A stretch of 64,000 nt of DNA from Candidatus Limnocylindria bacterium (GCA_035708065.1 DASSTC010000057.1:2788-66787), one strand, 5' to 3'. Positions 1 to 10,422 are shown, numbered from the stretch's first letter. A program made the numbers and translations. Notes: generated from the sequence alone by a model not told the origin.

Positions 1-812
1 CGCGCCGCGGCCACCACCTCGTCGTGACCCCACGCCGCCTGCTCGGGGAGATGCGCGTCGCTGGCCAGCGTGATCGGCACGCCGGCGGCGTGGAACAGCT
101 GGAGGAACGCGGGAGCGGGGTAGACCTCGGCCGCCTGGCGACGCAGGCCGCCGCTCGAGACCTCGATCGCCGTGCCGGTCCGGGCTGCGGCCGCGACCAC
201 CGGCTCGTAGAGCGGCGTCAGGTCCCCGTCAGGCACGAACCCGGCGACCTTGATGACGTCGGCGTGTCCGAGCACGTCGACCATGCCGCTGGCCGCCAGG
301 GCGGTCTCGAGCGCGAAGTACTCGTCGAACGCCACCCCGACGCCGCGGCGCAGGTACTCCTCGGGCGCGTTCGGTCCCATGAAGCGCCACGCGCCGATCC
401 AGTGGATCGAGCCGACCAGGTAGTCGAACGGATAGCCGGCCAGCAGCTCGAGGACCCGCTCCTCGGTGCCCGGGACGAAATCGACCTCGAGCCCGAGCTT
501 CACCGGCAGGCCGCGCGACTTGGCGTCCTGGATCAGCTCGACGTAACGGTCCAGCGAAAGCGTGCGCTCGACCCGCAGGCTCTCGGCCATCTGCTCGACG
601 AGCACCGGGTTCGGATCGTTCTTCCAGTCCGATCCGAGCACCGGCTCGGACTCGACACATCGGTACAGGTGCTCGGTGAAGCCAAGCTCGGTCACGCCGC
701 GCGCCAGCGCGGCCTCGACGTAGCGGTCGATGTAGTCGGCGGGGTAGTCGTTCGGCCGCCGACCGTCGGGCATCGGTCCGTGCGGCAGAAGGTGCAGGTG
801 GTAGTCGCTCAC
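1..812 (-). CDS. PHP-domain histidinol-phosphatase-family hydrolase (C-terminus cut by window edge)
   Basis: Own minus-strand translation from GTG 810-812: MSDYHLHLLPHGPMPDG...VGSIHW...LGHADVIKV...LASDAHLP, the His/Asp pattern of PHP phosphoesterases. The ORF is open to position 1, so it is absent from the track. Its GTG overlaps the stop of the upstream MBL gene (GTGA). Confidence 0.75.
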   Translation of the reverse strand, partial: MSDYHLHLLPHGPMPDGRRPNDYPADYIDRYVEAALARGVTELGFTEHLYRCVESEPVLGSDWKNDPNPVLVEQMAESLRVERTLSLDRYVELIQDAKSRGLPVKLGLEVDFVPGTEERVLELLAGYPFDYLVGSIHWIGAWRFMGPNAPEEYLRRGVGVAFDEYFALETALAASGMVDVLGHADVIKVAGFVPDGDLTPLYEPVVAAAARTGTAIEVSSGGLRRQAAEVYPAPAFLQLFHAAGVPITLASDAHLPEQAAWGHDEVVAAA

Positions 813-1675
813 CTCGTGCGGAAGCCCGCGCTGAGCTGGTCCCACAGCGCGCCGGCGTTGTGCCGCTGGATGTAGTCCATCATGTATTCCTGACCGATGT
901 CGACCGGGTAGCGGTCGGCGAAGTTGACGCGAGCGATCGTCTCGTCGCGTGACCAGCCGTTGGCCACGGCATCGGCCACGGCGGCCTTCCAATCGAGCAG
1001 CACCGCCTTCTGCGTGGCGAGGTAACCGGTGGTGGTGACCGGCCCGTGCCCTGGGACCACGCGGTCGACGTCGAGCGTGGCGATCCGGTCGAGCGCCGCG
1101 AGCCACTGCTCGACGTCGGACGACATGAGCCAGGTCTGGACCTCGGAAAAGACGGTGTCGCCGGTGAACACGGTCCGCTCCTCGGGGACGTGCACGGCGA
1201 CCTGTCCGGGAGTGTGCCCGGGGGTGTGGATCAGCTCGAAGGTGTGCTCGCCGACGTGGAGCGTCACGTCGCCGGTGAAGACGATCCGTCCGCGGTTCAT
1301 GTCCTGCTCGTACACGTCGCGCTCGGGGAAGATCGCCGCGGCGTCCGGATCATCGGTCGGGATCGCCTCGGCGGCGTAGGCGTACGGGTCGAGGATCGCG
1401 CCGACGACCATGAAGTTGTCGGCCACGCCGCGGTGGTGGATCACCGGGCCAGCGCCCTTGAAGTAGTAGTTGCCGAAGATGTGGTCGACGTGGTGCTCGG
1501 TATTGACCACGTAGCGAATCGGCCCATGTGATTCGGCTTCCGCGCGCATGGCCACGGCGCGGGTGGGGAGCTGCGGCGTGTCGATCACCACCACGCCATC
1601 CGCCGTGGTGACGTAGCTCGGATTGCAGCCGCGGATGTCGATGGCGGTGCGGACGTTCGGCGTGAGCTGCTGCAT
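809..1675 (-). CDS. MBL-fold metallo-hydrolase
   Basis: 288 aa with HHVDH (HxHxDH) zinc motif and later HTPGHTPG and PGHG His ligands. Co-directional and overlapping with the PHP gene. Confidence 0.85.
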   Translation of the reverse strand: MQQLTPNVRTAIDIRGCNPSYVTTADGVVVIDTPQLPTRAVAMRAEAESHGPIRYVVNTEHHVDHIFGNYYFKGAGPVIHHRGVADNFMVVGAILDPYAYAAEAIPTDDPDAAAIFPERDVYEQDMNRGRIVFTGDVTLHVGEHTFELIHTPGHTPGQVAVHVPEERTVFTGDTVFSEVQTWLMSSDVEQWLAALDRIATLDVDRVVPGHGPVTTTGYLATQKAVLLDWKAAVADAVANGWSRDETIARVNFADRYPVDIGQEYMMDYIQRHNAGALWDQLSAGFRTR

Positions 1676-1694
1676 GGGTGCGTGCTGCGGCGCG

Positions 1695-2480
1695 CTACTG
1701 CGTCGCGGTCAGGCCGCCGTCCAGGGTCAGGATCTGGCCCGTCACGAACGACGACGCGTCGGAGCAGAAGAAGAGCAGGGCACCGACGAGGTCATCGGTG
1801 TCGGCGATGCGCCCGATCGGGATTCGCTTCAGCAGGTTGGTGCGGAACTCCTCGTCGGCCAGCAGGGTCTCGACCTGCGGCGTGGCCACGAAGGTGGGCG
1901 CGATGGCGTTGACCGTGATGCCGTGCTTGGCCCACTCGGTGGCCTGCTGCCGGGTCAGCGCGTTGATCGCGCCCTTGGCGGCGACGTACGCCGAGAAGCC
2001 CTGGTTGATGCCGAGCTGGCCGCGCACCGAGCTGATGTGCAGGATGCGGCCGCCCCGGCCGCCGGCGATCATCGCTCGCGCAGCCGCCTGGGTGATGAGC
2101 AGGTCACTGCGCAGGTTGAGATCCATGATCCGATCCCACTCGTCCTGCGGGTACGCCTCGGCATCGTAGAGTGCGGTGCCGGCGCCGCCGCCGACGGCGG
2201 TGACCAGCGCATCGACCCGTCCGAAGCGCTCCACGGTCCGCTCGATGGCGCGGTCGGCGTCCTCCTTGCGCACCAGGTCGGCGTTGACCAGCAGCGCCTC
2301 CGATCCTGCCTCGGAGATCGCCTCGGCGATGTCGCCCGCCTGCTCGGCGGAGCGTCCGACCACCGCAACACGCGCTCCGGCACCGGCGAAGGCGACCGAC
2401 AGCCGGCGGCCGATGCCCCCGGTTCCGCCGGATACCACGGCAACGCGACCGTCGAGGCGAAAGCGGGCGAGTTCGTCCAT
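1695..2480 (-). CDS. SDR-family short-chain dehydrogenase/reductase
   Basis: VSGGTGGIG cofactor motif and S...YVAAK catalytic motif; 261 aa. Confidence 0.9.
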   Translation of the reverse strand: MDELARFRLDGRVAVVSGGTGGIGRRLSVAFAGAGARVAVVGRSAEQAGDIAEAISEAGSEALLVNADLVRKEDADRAIERTVERFGRVDALVTAVGGGAGTALYDAEAYPQDEWDRIMDLNLRSDLLITQAAARAMIAGGRGGRILHISSVRGQLGINQGFSAYVAAKGAINALTRQQATEWAKHGITVNAIAPTFVATPQVETLLADEEFRTNLLKRIPIGRIADTDDLVGALLFFCSDASSFVTGQILTLDGGLTATQ

Positions 2481-2613
2481 ATCATCGATTATCGAGGATC
2501 CCTTGCAAGAGGGTCAAGAAACGCGGGAGAATCAGGCCTGCAGCGTTGCGACCACCCGGGCGGAGTCCGACGCGGCGAGGCGCCGACGGTAATCCTTTGC
2601 AACGGAGGTTGTG

Positions 2614-4221
2614 ATGGCGGAACCAGCAGACGTCGTGATCATCGGCGCCGGAGCCTCCGGCGGGGTCGTCGCCAGACGGCTGGCGGAAGCCGGGTACCAC
2701 GTCGTCTGCCTCGAGCAGGGGGACTGGCACGACAAGGGCGAGTACCGCGGCGTCCACCTCGACTGGGAGCTGACCGCGCGCAAGCAATGGGCCACCAGCC
2801 CGAACGTGCGCGGCCTCGAGGAGGACTACCCGGTCGTCGAGAACTCGCCGGTCTCGCCGCTCATGTTCAACGGCGTCGGCGGCTCGATGATCCTGTTCGC
2901 CGGTGCGTGGCCGCGCATGCTGCCATCGGACTTCCGGGTGCGCTCGCTGGACGGCATCGCCGACGATTGGCCGCTCACCTACGACGAGCTGGCGCCGTAC
3001 TACCGTCAGACCGATCGCGACTTCGGCGTCTCCGGCCTGGGCGGCGACCCGGCCTATCCGCCTGACCCCGAGGATCCGCCGCTGCCTCCGCTGCCGATCG
3101 GGGCGGCCGGCATGAAGGTCGCCCGCGCCCACGCGCGCCTGGGCTGGCACTGGTGGCCGGAGTTCAACTCGATCCTGTCCGCGCCGTACGACGGCCGGCG
3201 GCCCTGCGTCCAGCGCAGCACCTGCCAGTCCGGTTGCAATGAGGGGGCCAAGGCCTCGACCGACCTGACGCACTGGCCCAAGGCGATCGCGCGCGGCGCC
3301 CGGCTGGTCACCGGTGCTCGGGTGCGGCGCATCGAGACGAATGCCCGGGGCCTGGCCACCGGGGCGACCTGGGTCGATCGCGACGGCGGCGAGCACTTCG
3401 AGCCGGCGAAGGTGGTCGTCATGGCAGCCAATGCCATCGGCACCGCGCGGCTGCTGCTGCTCTCCTCCGACTCGCGCAGCCCCGACGGGCTGGCGAACTC
3501 CTCCGGGCTGGTCGGGAAGCGGCTGATGATGCACCCGTTCGCCAACGTGGCCGGGCTGTTCGAGGAGCCGCTCATGAGCTGGCAGGGCCAGTTCGGCGAC
3601 CTCATCGAGTCGCTCGAGTTCTACGAGACCGACGAGCGTCGTGGCTTCGTGCGAGGTGCGCGCTGGGGCCTGGCGCCGACCGGCGGACCGATCAACGCCG
3701 CGCTGCCCAGCCGGGCGGGCACCCAGGTCTGGGGGCCCGATCACCACCTTCATCTGCGCTCGCACCTCGGCCACGGTGCCAACTGGGGTCTCTTCGGCGA
3801 GGATCTGCCGGACGAGGCAAACCGCGTGACGCTGTCGTCGACGGTGACCGACTCGTCCGGGATCGCGGCGCCGCAGATCGACTACGCCATGAGCGAGAAC
3901 TCGCGCAGGATGCTCGACTTCCACATCGAGCGCGCCACCGAGTCGCTCACCGAGGCCGGCGCCTACAAGGTCGAGGTCGACCGCTTGATGCGCTACTCCG
4001 GCTGGCATCTGCTCGGGACCGCACGGATGGGCGACGACCCGGCGACCTCGGTGGTCGACCGCTGGAATCGGGCGCACGACGTCCCGAACCTGTACGTCGT
4101 CGACGGCAGCTGCTTCGTCACCTCCAGCGGCGTCAATCCGACGTCGACGATCGTCGCCCTGGCCCTGCGCGCGGCGGAGCACATGATCGAAACGCGCTTC
4201 GAGCAGCAGGTGCCGGCATGA
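2614..4221 (+). CDS. GMC-family FAD-dependent oxidoreductase
   Basis: DVVIIGAGASGG FAD motif; C-terminal VVDGSCF.TSSGVNPT GMC-like block. GGAGG lies 5 nt before ATG 2614 (the track starts at GTG 2611). Confidence 0.85.
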   Translation: MAEPADVVIIGAGASGGVVARRLAEAGYHVVCLEQGDWHDKGEYRGVHLDWELTARKQWATSPNVRGLEEDYPVVENSPVSPLMFNGVGGSMILFAGAWPRMLPSDFRVRSLDGIADDWPLTYDELAPYYRQTDRDFGVSGLGGDPAYPPDPEDPPLPPLPIGAAGMKVARAHARLGWHWWPEFNSILSAPYDGRRPCVQRSTCQSGCNEGAKASTDLTHWPKAIARGARLVTGARVRRIETNARGLATGATWVDRDGGEHFEPAKVVVMAANAIGTARLLLLSSDSRSPDGLANSSGLVGKRLMMHPFANVAGLFEEPLMSWQGQFGDLIESLEFYETDERRGFVRGARWGLAPTGGPINAALPSRAGTQVWGPDHHLHLRSHLGHGANWGLFGEDLPDEANRVTLSSTVTDSSGIAAPQIDYAMSENSRRMLDFHIERATESLTEAGAYKVEVDRLMRYSGWHLLGTARMGDDPATSVVDRWNRAHDVPNLYVVDGSCFVTSSGVNPTSTIVALALRAAEHMIETRFEQQVPA

Positions 4222-4826
4222 CGGCCATGAACCTTCCCGGCACCGATGCGACCGGGCGCGACCACGGCGCCATGCCGGTGGCCGACCCGCTCGCCGCGCT
4301 CGACGCCGAGCAGCGGGCCGCCTTCAGCGCGATCGCGGAGCACCTCATTCCGGCCGCGCACGGCATGCCCTCCGCCGCGGAGGTGGTCAACGAGCAGCGG
4401 CTGCGCTTCGTGCTGCTCGCCAGACCGGATCTGCTCGAGCAGTTCGCGGCGGCACTGCGGCCGGAACTTGGGACCGATCCCCAGGCGCGGCTCGACGCGC
4501 TCGCCGAGTCCGATCCTGGAGCGCTGGCCGCACTGCAGCTGGTCCTGGTCGGCGGCTATTACACCGACCGCCAGGTTCGCCAACTGATCGGCTACCCGGG
4601 TCAGATGGCGATTGAGGTGCGCGCCTGGGAGGTGCCGCCCTATATCGAGGAAGGGCTGGTCGACGCGGCGCTGGCGCGCGGACCGGTCTGGCGCGACCCG
4701 GTCACCGGGCAGCGTGCCGTCGTGGACGGTGCGCCGCGCGCCTACGCGGAGCGATACGACTCGAGCGCCGGCCCGGCGGCCGCCGCTGAGCACGAAGGAG
4801 GACAAGATGGTCGCGATCACCCCTGA
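4218..4826 (+). CDS. gluconate 2-dehydrogenase subunit 3-like small subunit
   Basis: ATGA overlap with the GMC gene stop. About 200 aa with the L..EQ..AF.AIAEHLIPA..GMPSA pattern typical of small partners of GMC dehydrogenases. Confidence 0.55.
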   Translation: MTAMNLPGTDATGRDHGAMPVADPLAALDAEQRAAFSAIAEHLIPAAHGMPSAAEVVNEQRLRFVLLARPDLLEQFAAALRPELGTDPQARLDALAESDPGALAALQLVLVGGYYTDRQVRQLIGYPGQMAIEVRAWEVPPYIEEGLVDAALARGPVWRDPVTGQRAVVDGAPRAYAERYDSSAGPAAAAEHEGGQDGRDHP

Positions 4827-6291
4827 GTCGCTCGGCGAGACGGGCGGTGCGAGCTGGCTCGACGCGTTCCTCGCCGGCTGGCAACCGGGGAGCGGCGGTA
4901 CTCGCGACGTTCGCGAGCCGGCGACGGGTCGTGCGCTCCTCTCGATGGCGGACTCGACCGTCGACGAGGTGGGTGCCGCCGCGGCGCGCGCGGCGGCCGC
5001 CCAGGTGGAATGGGCCGAGACGAACTACCAGGAGCGTGCGGCGATCCTGCGCCGAGCGGCCGACATCTACGAGGCGCATCGGTCCGAGTTCGGCGCGTGG
5101 ACCCAGCGTGAGACCGGCGCGCACTACAACAAGATGCACCACGAGCAGAACTTCACCGTGCAGGAGCTGCTCAACGCCTCGACCATGCCGTCGCAGCCGT
5201 ACGGCTCGCTCATGCCCTCGGCGGTCGGTCGGCTCTCGATCGCCAGGCGCGTGCCCCTCGGCGTCATCGGCGCGATCACGCCCTGGAACTCGCCGAGCGT
5301 GCTCGGCATGCGCGTCGTGGCTCCGGCCCTTGCGCTCGGCAACGCAGTGATCCTCAAGCCGGATCCGCAGACTCCGGTGTGCGGCGGCGCCATGTTCGCG
5401 GCGATCTTCGCCGAGGCCGGCCTGCCCGACGGCCTGCTGCAGATCGTGGTGGGCGACGCGGAGGTCGGCGAGGCGCTGGTCACCGACCCGAACGTCGCGA
5501 TGGTCTCGTTCACCGGTTCGACCGAGGTGGGACGCCGCGTCGGGGCGCTCGCCGGAGGCCTGCTCAAGAAGGTGTCGCTCGAGCTGGGCGGCAACAACGC
5601 CTTCGTCATCCTCGACGATGCCGATCTGCAGGCCGCCGCATCGGCCGGCGCCTACTCGGCGTTCCAGTTCCAGGGCCAGGTCTGCTTCGCGGTCGGCCGC
5701 CACATCGTGCATCGCTCGGTCGCCGACGAGTACGTCGAGCTCCTGGCGTCGAAGGCGAAGCGCCTGCGCCTGGGCGATCCCTACCGGGACGACGTCGACC
5801 TCGGGCCGATCGTCAACGAGCAGCAGCTCCGGCGCGTCGACGACATCGTCCAGCGCTCGGTCGAGCGCGGCGCGCGCCTAGCGGCGGGCGGCAGCCACCA
5901 GGGGCTCTTCTACCAGCCGACCGTGCTTGCCGGCATCACCACCGAGTCACCGGCGTGGACCGACGAGATCTTCGGTCCGGTCGCGCCGGTCATCACCTTC
6001 GAGAGCGATGACGAGGCGGTCTCGCTGGCCAATGCGACCGACTACGGCCTGTCGGCCGGCGTCTATTGCCGATCGATCTCGCGCGGCCTGGCCGTCGCGA
6101 ACCGGATCAAGGCGGGCATGGTCCATGTCAACGATCAGACCGTGAACGACGAGGCGATCGTGCCGTTCGGCGGCATGGGCGTCTCGGGCAACGGCGGGCG
6201 CTTCGGCGGCCTCGCGAACTACGAGGAGTTCAGCCAGTGGCAGTGGCTCACCGTTCGCGATGAAGGCAAGCTCTATCCGGCGCCGTACTGA
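4807..6291 (+). CDS. NAD(P)-dependent aldehyde dehydrogenase
   Basis: ELGGNNAF and FQFQGQVCFA (catalytic Cys) motifs. AAGGAGGA SD precedes ATG 4807. The track start at 4612 is an Arg-rich out-of-gene extension. Confidence 0.9.
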   Translation: MVAITPESLGETGGASWLDAFLAGWQPGSGGTRDVREPATGRALLSMADSTVDEVGAAAARAAAAQVEWAETNYQERAAILRRAADIYEAHRSEFGAWTQRETGAHYNKMHHEQNFTVQELLNASTMPSQPYGSLMPSAVGRLSIARRVPLGVIGAITPWNSPSVLGMRVVAPALALGNAVILKPDPQTPVCGGAMFAAIFAEAGLPDGLLQIVVGDAEVGEALVTDPNVAMVSFTGSTEVGRRVGALAGGLLKKVSLELGGNNAFVILDDADLQAAASAGAYSAFQFQGQVCFAVGRHIVHRSVADEYVELLASKAKRLRLGDPYRDDVDLGPIVNEQQLRRVDDIVQRSVERGARLAAGGSHQGLFYQPTVLAGITTESPAWTDEIFGPVAPVITFESDDEAVSLANATDYGLSAGVYCRSISRGLAVANRIKAGMVHVNDQTVNDEAIVPFGGMGVSGNGGRFGGLANYEEFSQWQWLTVRDEGKLYPAPY

Positions 6292-6315
6292 GCGCACGGT
6301 GGGAGCAGCAGTCCG

Positions 6316-7548
6316 TCAGGCGGCGCGCATGTTGGAACCGAGCCGGCGCACGGCGAGGAGGCACAGGATCGCGCTGGCCGCGGCCAGGATCCAGAAGGCC
6401 ACGTCGAACGAGCCGGTTGCGTCGCGGACCCAGCCGAGCAGCGCCGGCGCCACCGCCGCGAGCCCGAAGCCGCCGGCCAGCATCATCGCGGCATGCCCAG
6501 CGACCCGGTCCTGGCCGACATCGATCGGCATCGTCATCGACAGCGGGAAGAGGGCACCGAGCGCCAGGCCGCCGACGATGACCCAGACGACGACCGCGGC
6601 CGGCACGAGCTCGATTCCGGCGATCGCCAGGGTGGTGATGACGCCAGCCACCAGGATGTACCGATGCCGGCTGGTCGCCCGGTCGGAGAGCCACGGGATC
6701 GTCAGCGTGGCCGGCAGGCAGGAGAGGTTGAGGATCGCGACCAGCCGTCCCGCGCTCTCCTCCGTCCAGCCCGCGTCGACGAACGCCGTCGGCAGCCAGG
6801 TGATCAACCCGTAGTAGCACAGCGAGTGGAGGGCAAAGATGGCGGTCATTCGCCAGGCAGCGGTCGATCCCCACGGGATGCGCGGTCGCTCTGCCGCGCT
6901 CGGCATCCGCGGCAGTGAGCGGGTCGTGGCCAGCCAGCCGGCGAGGATGAACGCGACGCCGACCGAGAAGACCGCCAGCGCGAAGCGCCAGTCGACGAGG
7001 ATTGCCAGCGGCGCGGCGGTCGCGGCCGCGATGGCGGCGCCGGTCTGGATGCCGCCGCTGTACAGGCCGGTGGCGAAGCCGGTGCGCGCCGGGACCATGA
7101 TCCGCACCGCGCGCGGCAGGAGCGCCCCGCCGACCGCGATGCCGATCCCGATGCCGATGGTTGCCACCAGGATCAGCGCGTACGAGGGCGCCAGCGCCCG
7201 CAGGACGCCGAAGATCGTGATGGTGGCCAGCGCGCCGGTCATCGCATTGCGCAGCCCGATCCGATGCGCCAGGCGAACCGCCGGCAACGCGAAGAGCGCC
7301 ATGCACAGCACCGGCACCGTGGTCAGCAGCCCGGCGAGCGTATGGGACACGCCCAGATCGCCCTGTATCGCGGGCAGCAGCGGCCCGAGGCCGACCAGCT
7401 GGGGTCGCAGCGCGAGCGCCGCGATCAGCAGCGCGGCAAGCGGACGGAAGCTCGTCGCCCCGACGGCGACCCGTGGCACAGTGCCGACGTCTGGGTTCGC
7501 AAGCTCGCGCAAGACCGGCGTGGATACCTCGAAGAAAAGCGTTTCCAT
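6316..7548 (-). CDS. MFS transporter (CynX-like)
   Basis: 410 aa with about 12 hydrophobic segments. The N-terminal LRPQLVGLGPLLPAIQGDLGVS block resembles cyanate-permease-type MFS proteins. Exact start uncertain. Confidence 0.75.
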   Translation of the reverse strand: METLFFEVSTPVLRELANPDVGTVPRVAVGATSFRPLAALLIAALALRPQLVGLGPLLPAIQGDLGVSHTLAGLLTTVPVLCMALFALPAVRLAHRIGLRNAMTGALATITIFGVLRALAPSYALILVATIGIGIGIAVGGALLPRAVRIMVPARTGFATGLYSGGIQTGAAIAAATAAPLAILVDWRFALAVFSVGVAFILAGWLATTRSLPRMPSAAERPRIPWGSTAAWRMTAIFALHSLCYYGLITWLPTAFVDAGWTEESAGRLVAILNLSCLPATLTIPWLSDRATSRHRYILVAGVITTLAIAGIELVPAAVVVWVIVGGLALGALFPLSMTMPIDVGQDRVAGHAAMMLAGGFGLAAVAPALLGWVRDATGSFDVAFWILAAASAILCLLAVRRLGSNMRAA

Positions 7549-7682
7549 CCGCGGGCGTAGACGCTATCCTACCGCCGTTCCACGCCCTGAACGCCACGTC
7601 TGGGGGACCTCGACAACACAAGGAGGTGGATGAGAGACTGCCGCGTCGTTGGGGGAGAGAGATACGGAGGATTTGGCGACTG

Positions 7683-8825
7683 ATGTTGAGTAAGACACGA
7701 GTCAGGACCCTGAGCGCCGTGCTGGCTGTCGGGTTGCTGACGGTTGCTTGCGGGGGCGGGCAGGGCTCGTCCTCACCCACCGCGTCGGGGTCGACCCCGG
7801 CGAGCGGTGGCACGTCCGGCGGCACGTATGCGCTGGGCTACTCCAACGGCGGTGGCGTCGGCAACGGGTTCCGCGAGGAGCAGGTCTGCACCGCCAAGGC
7901 GCAGGCGCTCGTCTCGGATGACGTCTCCAAGCTGACCACCATCCACCGCAACACCGATGCGGCCGGCCAGCTCTCCGACATCCGCGACCTGATCGCCGCG
8001 GGCGTCAACGCCATCGTGTTCAACCCGAATGATCCTGCCGCCCTCAACCCGGCGCTCGAGGAAGCGCATGCGGCCGGCATCAAGACCGTATCGGTCGACG
8101 CGTACGTCACCGATCCGAACACCTACAACCTGTACAACAACCAGGTGAAGTACGCCGAGCTCGGCGCCAAGTGGCTGTTCGACAAGCTCGGCGGCAAGGG
8201 CACCGTCTACTACATGCGCGGTCTCGCGGGCAACTCGGCCGACAGCGACCGCGACAAGGGCTTCAAGAACGTCCTGAAGGACTACCCGGACATCAAGATC
8301 GTCCCGAACGAGGAAGGCGTCTTCACCGGCTGGGATCCGGCAACCACGACCCAGCTGATCAACGACTTCATCGCAAGCGGGCAGTACGACCAGATCAACG
8401 GCATCTGGACGTCCGGCATGGACTCGCAGGTCGTCGACGCGGTGAAGGCCGCCGGCAAGAAGTACGTGCCGATCGTCGGCGCGGACCTCGGCGCATTCGT
8501 CGGCCAGCTGCTGAACCCGACCGACTATCCGGGCCTCGAGGGCGCGGCGGTGACCAACACCGCGGCCGTCGGCGGCGCCGGCATCACGCTCGCGCTGAAG
8601 CTGCTGAAGGGCGAATCGGTCCAGACCGATCCGTCGGCCAGCCAGCCGAACACCGTGCTGCTCGACCCCGTCATCGCTGACAACACCAGTGACGAGGGCA
8701 AGAGCACGCTCAAGTCATGGCAGGTCGATGGCCTCGATCCGCTGTGGCCGCTGGGCCTGAAGGTCGAGGGCTGGACCTCGTACACGCCGGAGCAGGCGAT
8801 CGCCTGCAAGGGCCCGGGCGAGTAA
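7683..8825 (+). CDS. sugar ABC transporter substrate-binding lipoprotein
   Basis: MLSKTRVRTLSAVLAVGLLTVAC signal/lipobox followed by a periplasmic-binding-protein (ribose/xylose-type) sequence. Sequence upstream in the track ORF is Arg-rich non-coding-like. Confidence 0.85.
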   Translation: MLSKTRVRTLSAVLAVGLLTVACGGGQGSSSPTASGSTPASGGTSGGTYALGYSNGGGVGNGFREEQVCTAKAQALVSDDVSKLTTIHRNTDAAGQLSDIRDLIAAGVNAIVFNPNDPAALNPALEEAHAAGIKTVSVDAYVTDPNTYNLYNNQVKYAELGAKWLFDKLGGKGTVYYMRGLAGNSADSDRDKGFKNVLKDYPDIKIVPNEEGVFTGWDPATTTQLINDFIASGQYDQINGIWTSGMDSQVVDAVKAAGKKYVPIVGADLGAFVGQLLNPTDYPGLEGAAVTNTAAVGGAGITLALKLLKGESVQTDPSASQPNTVLLDPVIADNTSDEGKSTLKSWQVDGLDPLWPLGLKVEGWTSYTPEQAIACKGPGE

Positions 8826-8851
8826 CGGGCCGACCAGGCCCCGGAACACGA

Positions 8852-8880
8852 GTGGGAAGGTCCGCCGCGGACCTTCCCAC
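8852..8880 (+). terminator. intercistronic stem-loop (13-bp perfect stem, 3-nt loop) between SBP and ATPase genes
   Basis: GTGGGAAGGTCCG-CCG-CGGACCTTCCCAC read directly. The position after the binding-protein gene is typical of partial terminators / mRNA stabilisers in ABC operons. No U-tract. Confidence 0.5.
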
Positions 8881-8892
8881 TTCACCCACCCG

Positions 8893-10422
8893 ATGACCTC
8901 CACGGAACGCGCGCCGCTGCTCGAGGCGACCGATGTCGTCAAGAGCTACGGCGCGGTCACCGCCCTGCGGGGCGCATCGCTGTCGGTGCTGCCCGGCGAA
9001 GTGCACGCCCTGATGGGCGCCAACGGCGCCGGCAAGAGCACGTTCGTCAAGATCCTGACCGGCGCCGTTCGGCCGGACGGCGGCCGCATCCTGGTCCGCG
9101 GCCGCGAGCGGCGCGCGCATTCGCCGGCCGAGGCGCGGCGCCACGGGGTCGTATCGGTCTACCAGGAACCCGCACTCATCCCGGACCTCGACATCCGCGA
9201 CAACCTGCGCCTGACCCGCACGCCGCTCGAGCCGTTCCGCGGCTGGCTGGCGAAGCTCGGCCTGCCGGAGATCAACCTGTCGAGCCCGGCGCGGCGCCTG
9301 CCGCTGGCATCGCTGCGCATCATCGACCTGGCGCGTGCGCTGGCGATCGAGCCGGACGTGCTGCTGCTCGACGAGATCACCGCGGCGCTGCCGGCCAACT
9401 TCACCGAGCGCGTGCTCGACGTGGTCAACTCGCACCGCGGCGGCGAACGCTCGATCATCTTCATCTCACACCGCATGACCGAGATCGGCACGATCTGCGA
9501 CCGCGCCACCGTGCTGCGCGAGGGCCAGACCGTCGGTGTCGTCGAGATGGCGACCGCCGGCGCCGACGACCGGATCGTCGAGCTGATGCTCGGCCAGATC
9601 GAGGCGATGCCCGCCCGCCTCGTGGCGGGTGCCGCGGGCCACGGAGACGTCACGCCGCGCCTCTCGGCGCGCGGGCTGCGGCAGGGCAGCAAGCTCTCCG
9701 ACGCGAGCTTCGACCTCTACGCCGGCGAGGTGCTCGGCGTTGTGGCACTCGAAGGGCAGGGCCAGGACGAGCTGTTCGACGTCCTCTCCGGATCGGTGCG
9801 GGCCGATGGCGGCGAGCTGCTGGTGGACGGTCGGCCGGTGAGCTTCCGGCATCCCGCCGACGCCATCAGCAGCGGGATCGTCTTCGTGCCCGCGGATCGC
9901 GCGGAGGCGCTGCTCATGCAACGCTCCGTGCGAGAGAACATCGGCCTGCCGCTGATCACCGGCCTGCGTCACTGGGGACTGATCCCGGCTCGCCGCGAGG
10001 AGCGGCAGGTGAGGGAGTCGATCGAGACGCTGCAGATCGACACGCGGGCGCAGCGCGAGGTCCGCCGGCTGTCGGGCGGGAACCAGCAGAAGGTGACGAT
10101 CGCGCGCTGGGTCGCCGGCGGAGTCAGCACCATGCTGTGCTTCGATCCGACGCGGGGCATCGACATTCGGACCAAGCAGCAGATCTACCGGCTGCTGCGC
10201 GACCTCGCGGAGGCGGGCGCGGCCGTCCTGCTGAACACCTCCGAGCTCAAGGAGGTCCAGCTCGTGTGTGACCGCGCGATCGTCCTGTTCAATGGGCGGG
10301 TGGTGGGCGAAGTCGATGCGGCACACGCCGACGAGGCGACCTTGCTGCGCGCGGCGCACAACCTCGGGCCGCAGCATGCGGCGGCAGCGTCGGCGGCCGG
10401 CATGGTCGCGGCGGACGCATGA
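8893..10422 (+). CDS. sugar ABC transporter ATP-binding protein (duplicated cassette)
   Basis: 509 aa with GANGAGKST Walker A and a second cassette carrying the LSGGNQQKV signature. Confidence 0.9.
   Translation: MTSTERAPLLEATDVVKSYGAVTALRGASLSVLPGEVHALMGANGAGKSTFVKILTGAVRPDGGRILVRGRERRAHSPAEARRHGVVSVYQEPALIPDLDIRDNLRLTRTPLEPFRGWLAKLGLPEINLSSPARRLPLASLRIIDLARALAIEPDVLLLDEITAALPANFTERVLDVVNSHRGGERSIIFISHRMTEIGTICDRATVLREGQTVGVVEMATAGADDRIVELMLGQIEAMPARLVAGAAGHGDVTPRLSARGLRQGSKLSDASFDLYAGEVLGVVALEGQGQDELFDVLSGSVRADGGELLVDGRPVSFRHPADAISSGIVFVPADRAEALLMQRSVRENIGLPLITGLRHWGLIPARREERQVRESIETLQIDTRAQREVRRLSGGNQQKVTIARWVAGGVSTMLCFDPTRGIDIRTKQQIYRLLRDLAEAGAAVLLNTSELKEVQLVCDRAIVLFNGRVVGEVDAAHADEATLLRAAHNLGPQHAAAASAAGMVAADA

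Noticed and set aside
2482-4182. 566-aa minus-strand ORF opposite the GMC oxidoreductase (similar cases: 1623..3065 +, 6248..7825 -, 4702..5712 -)
   Set aside because: Arg-rich, motif-free antisense frames. The opposite strand encodes clearly recognisable enzymes.
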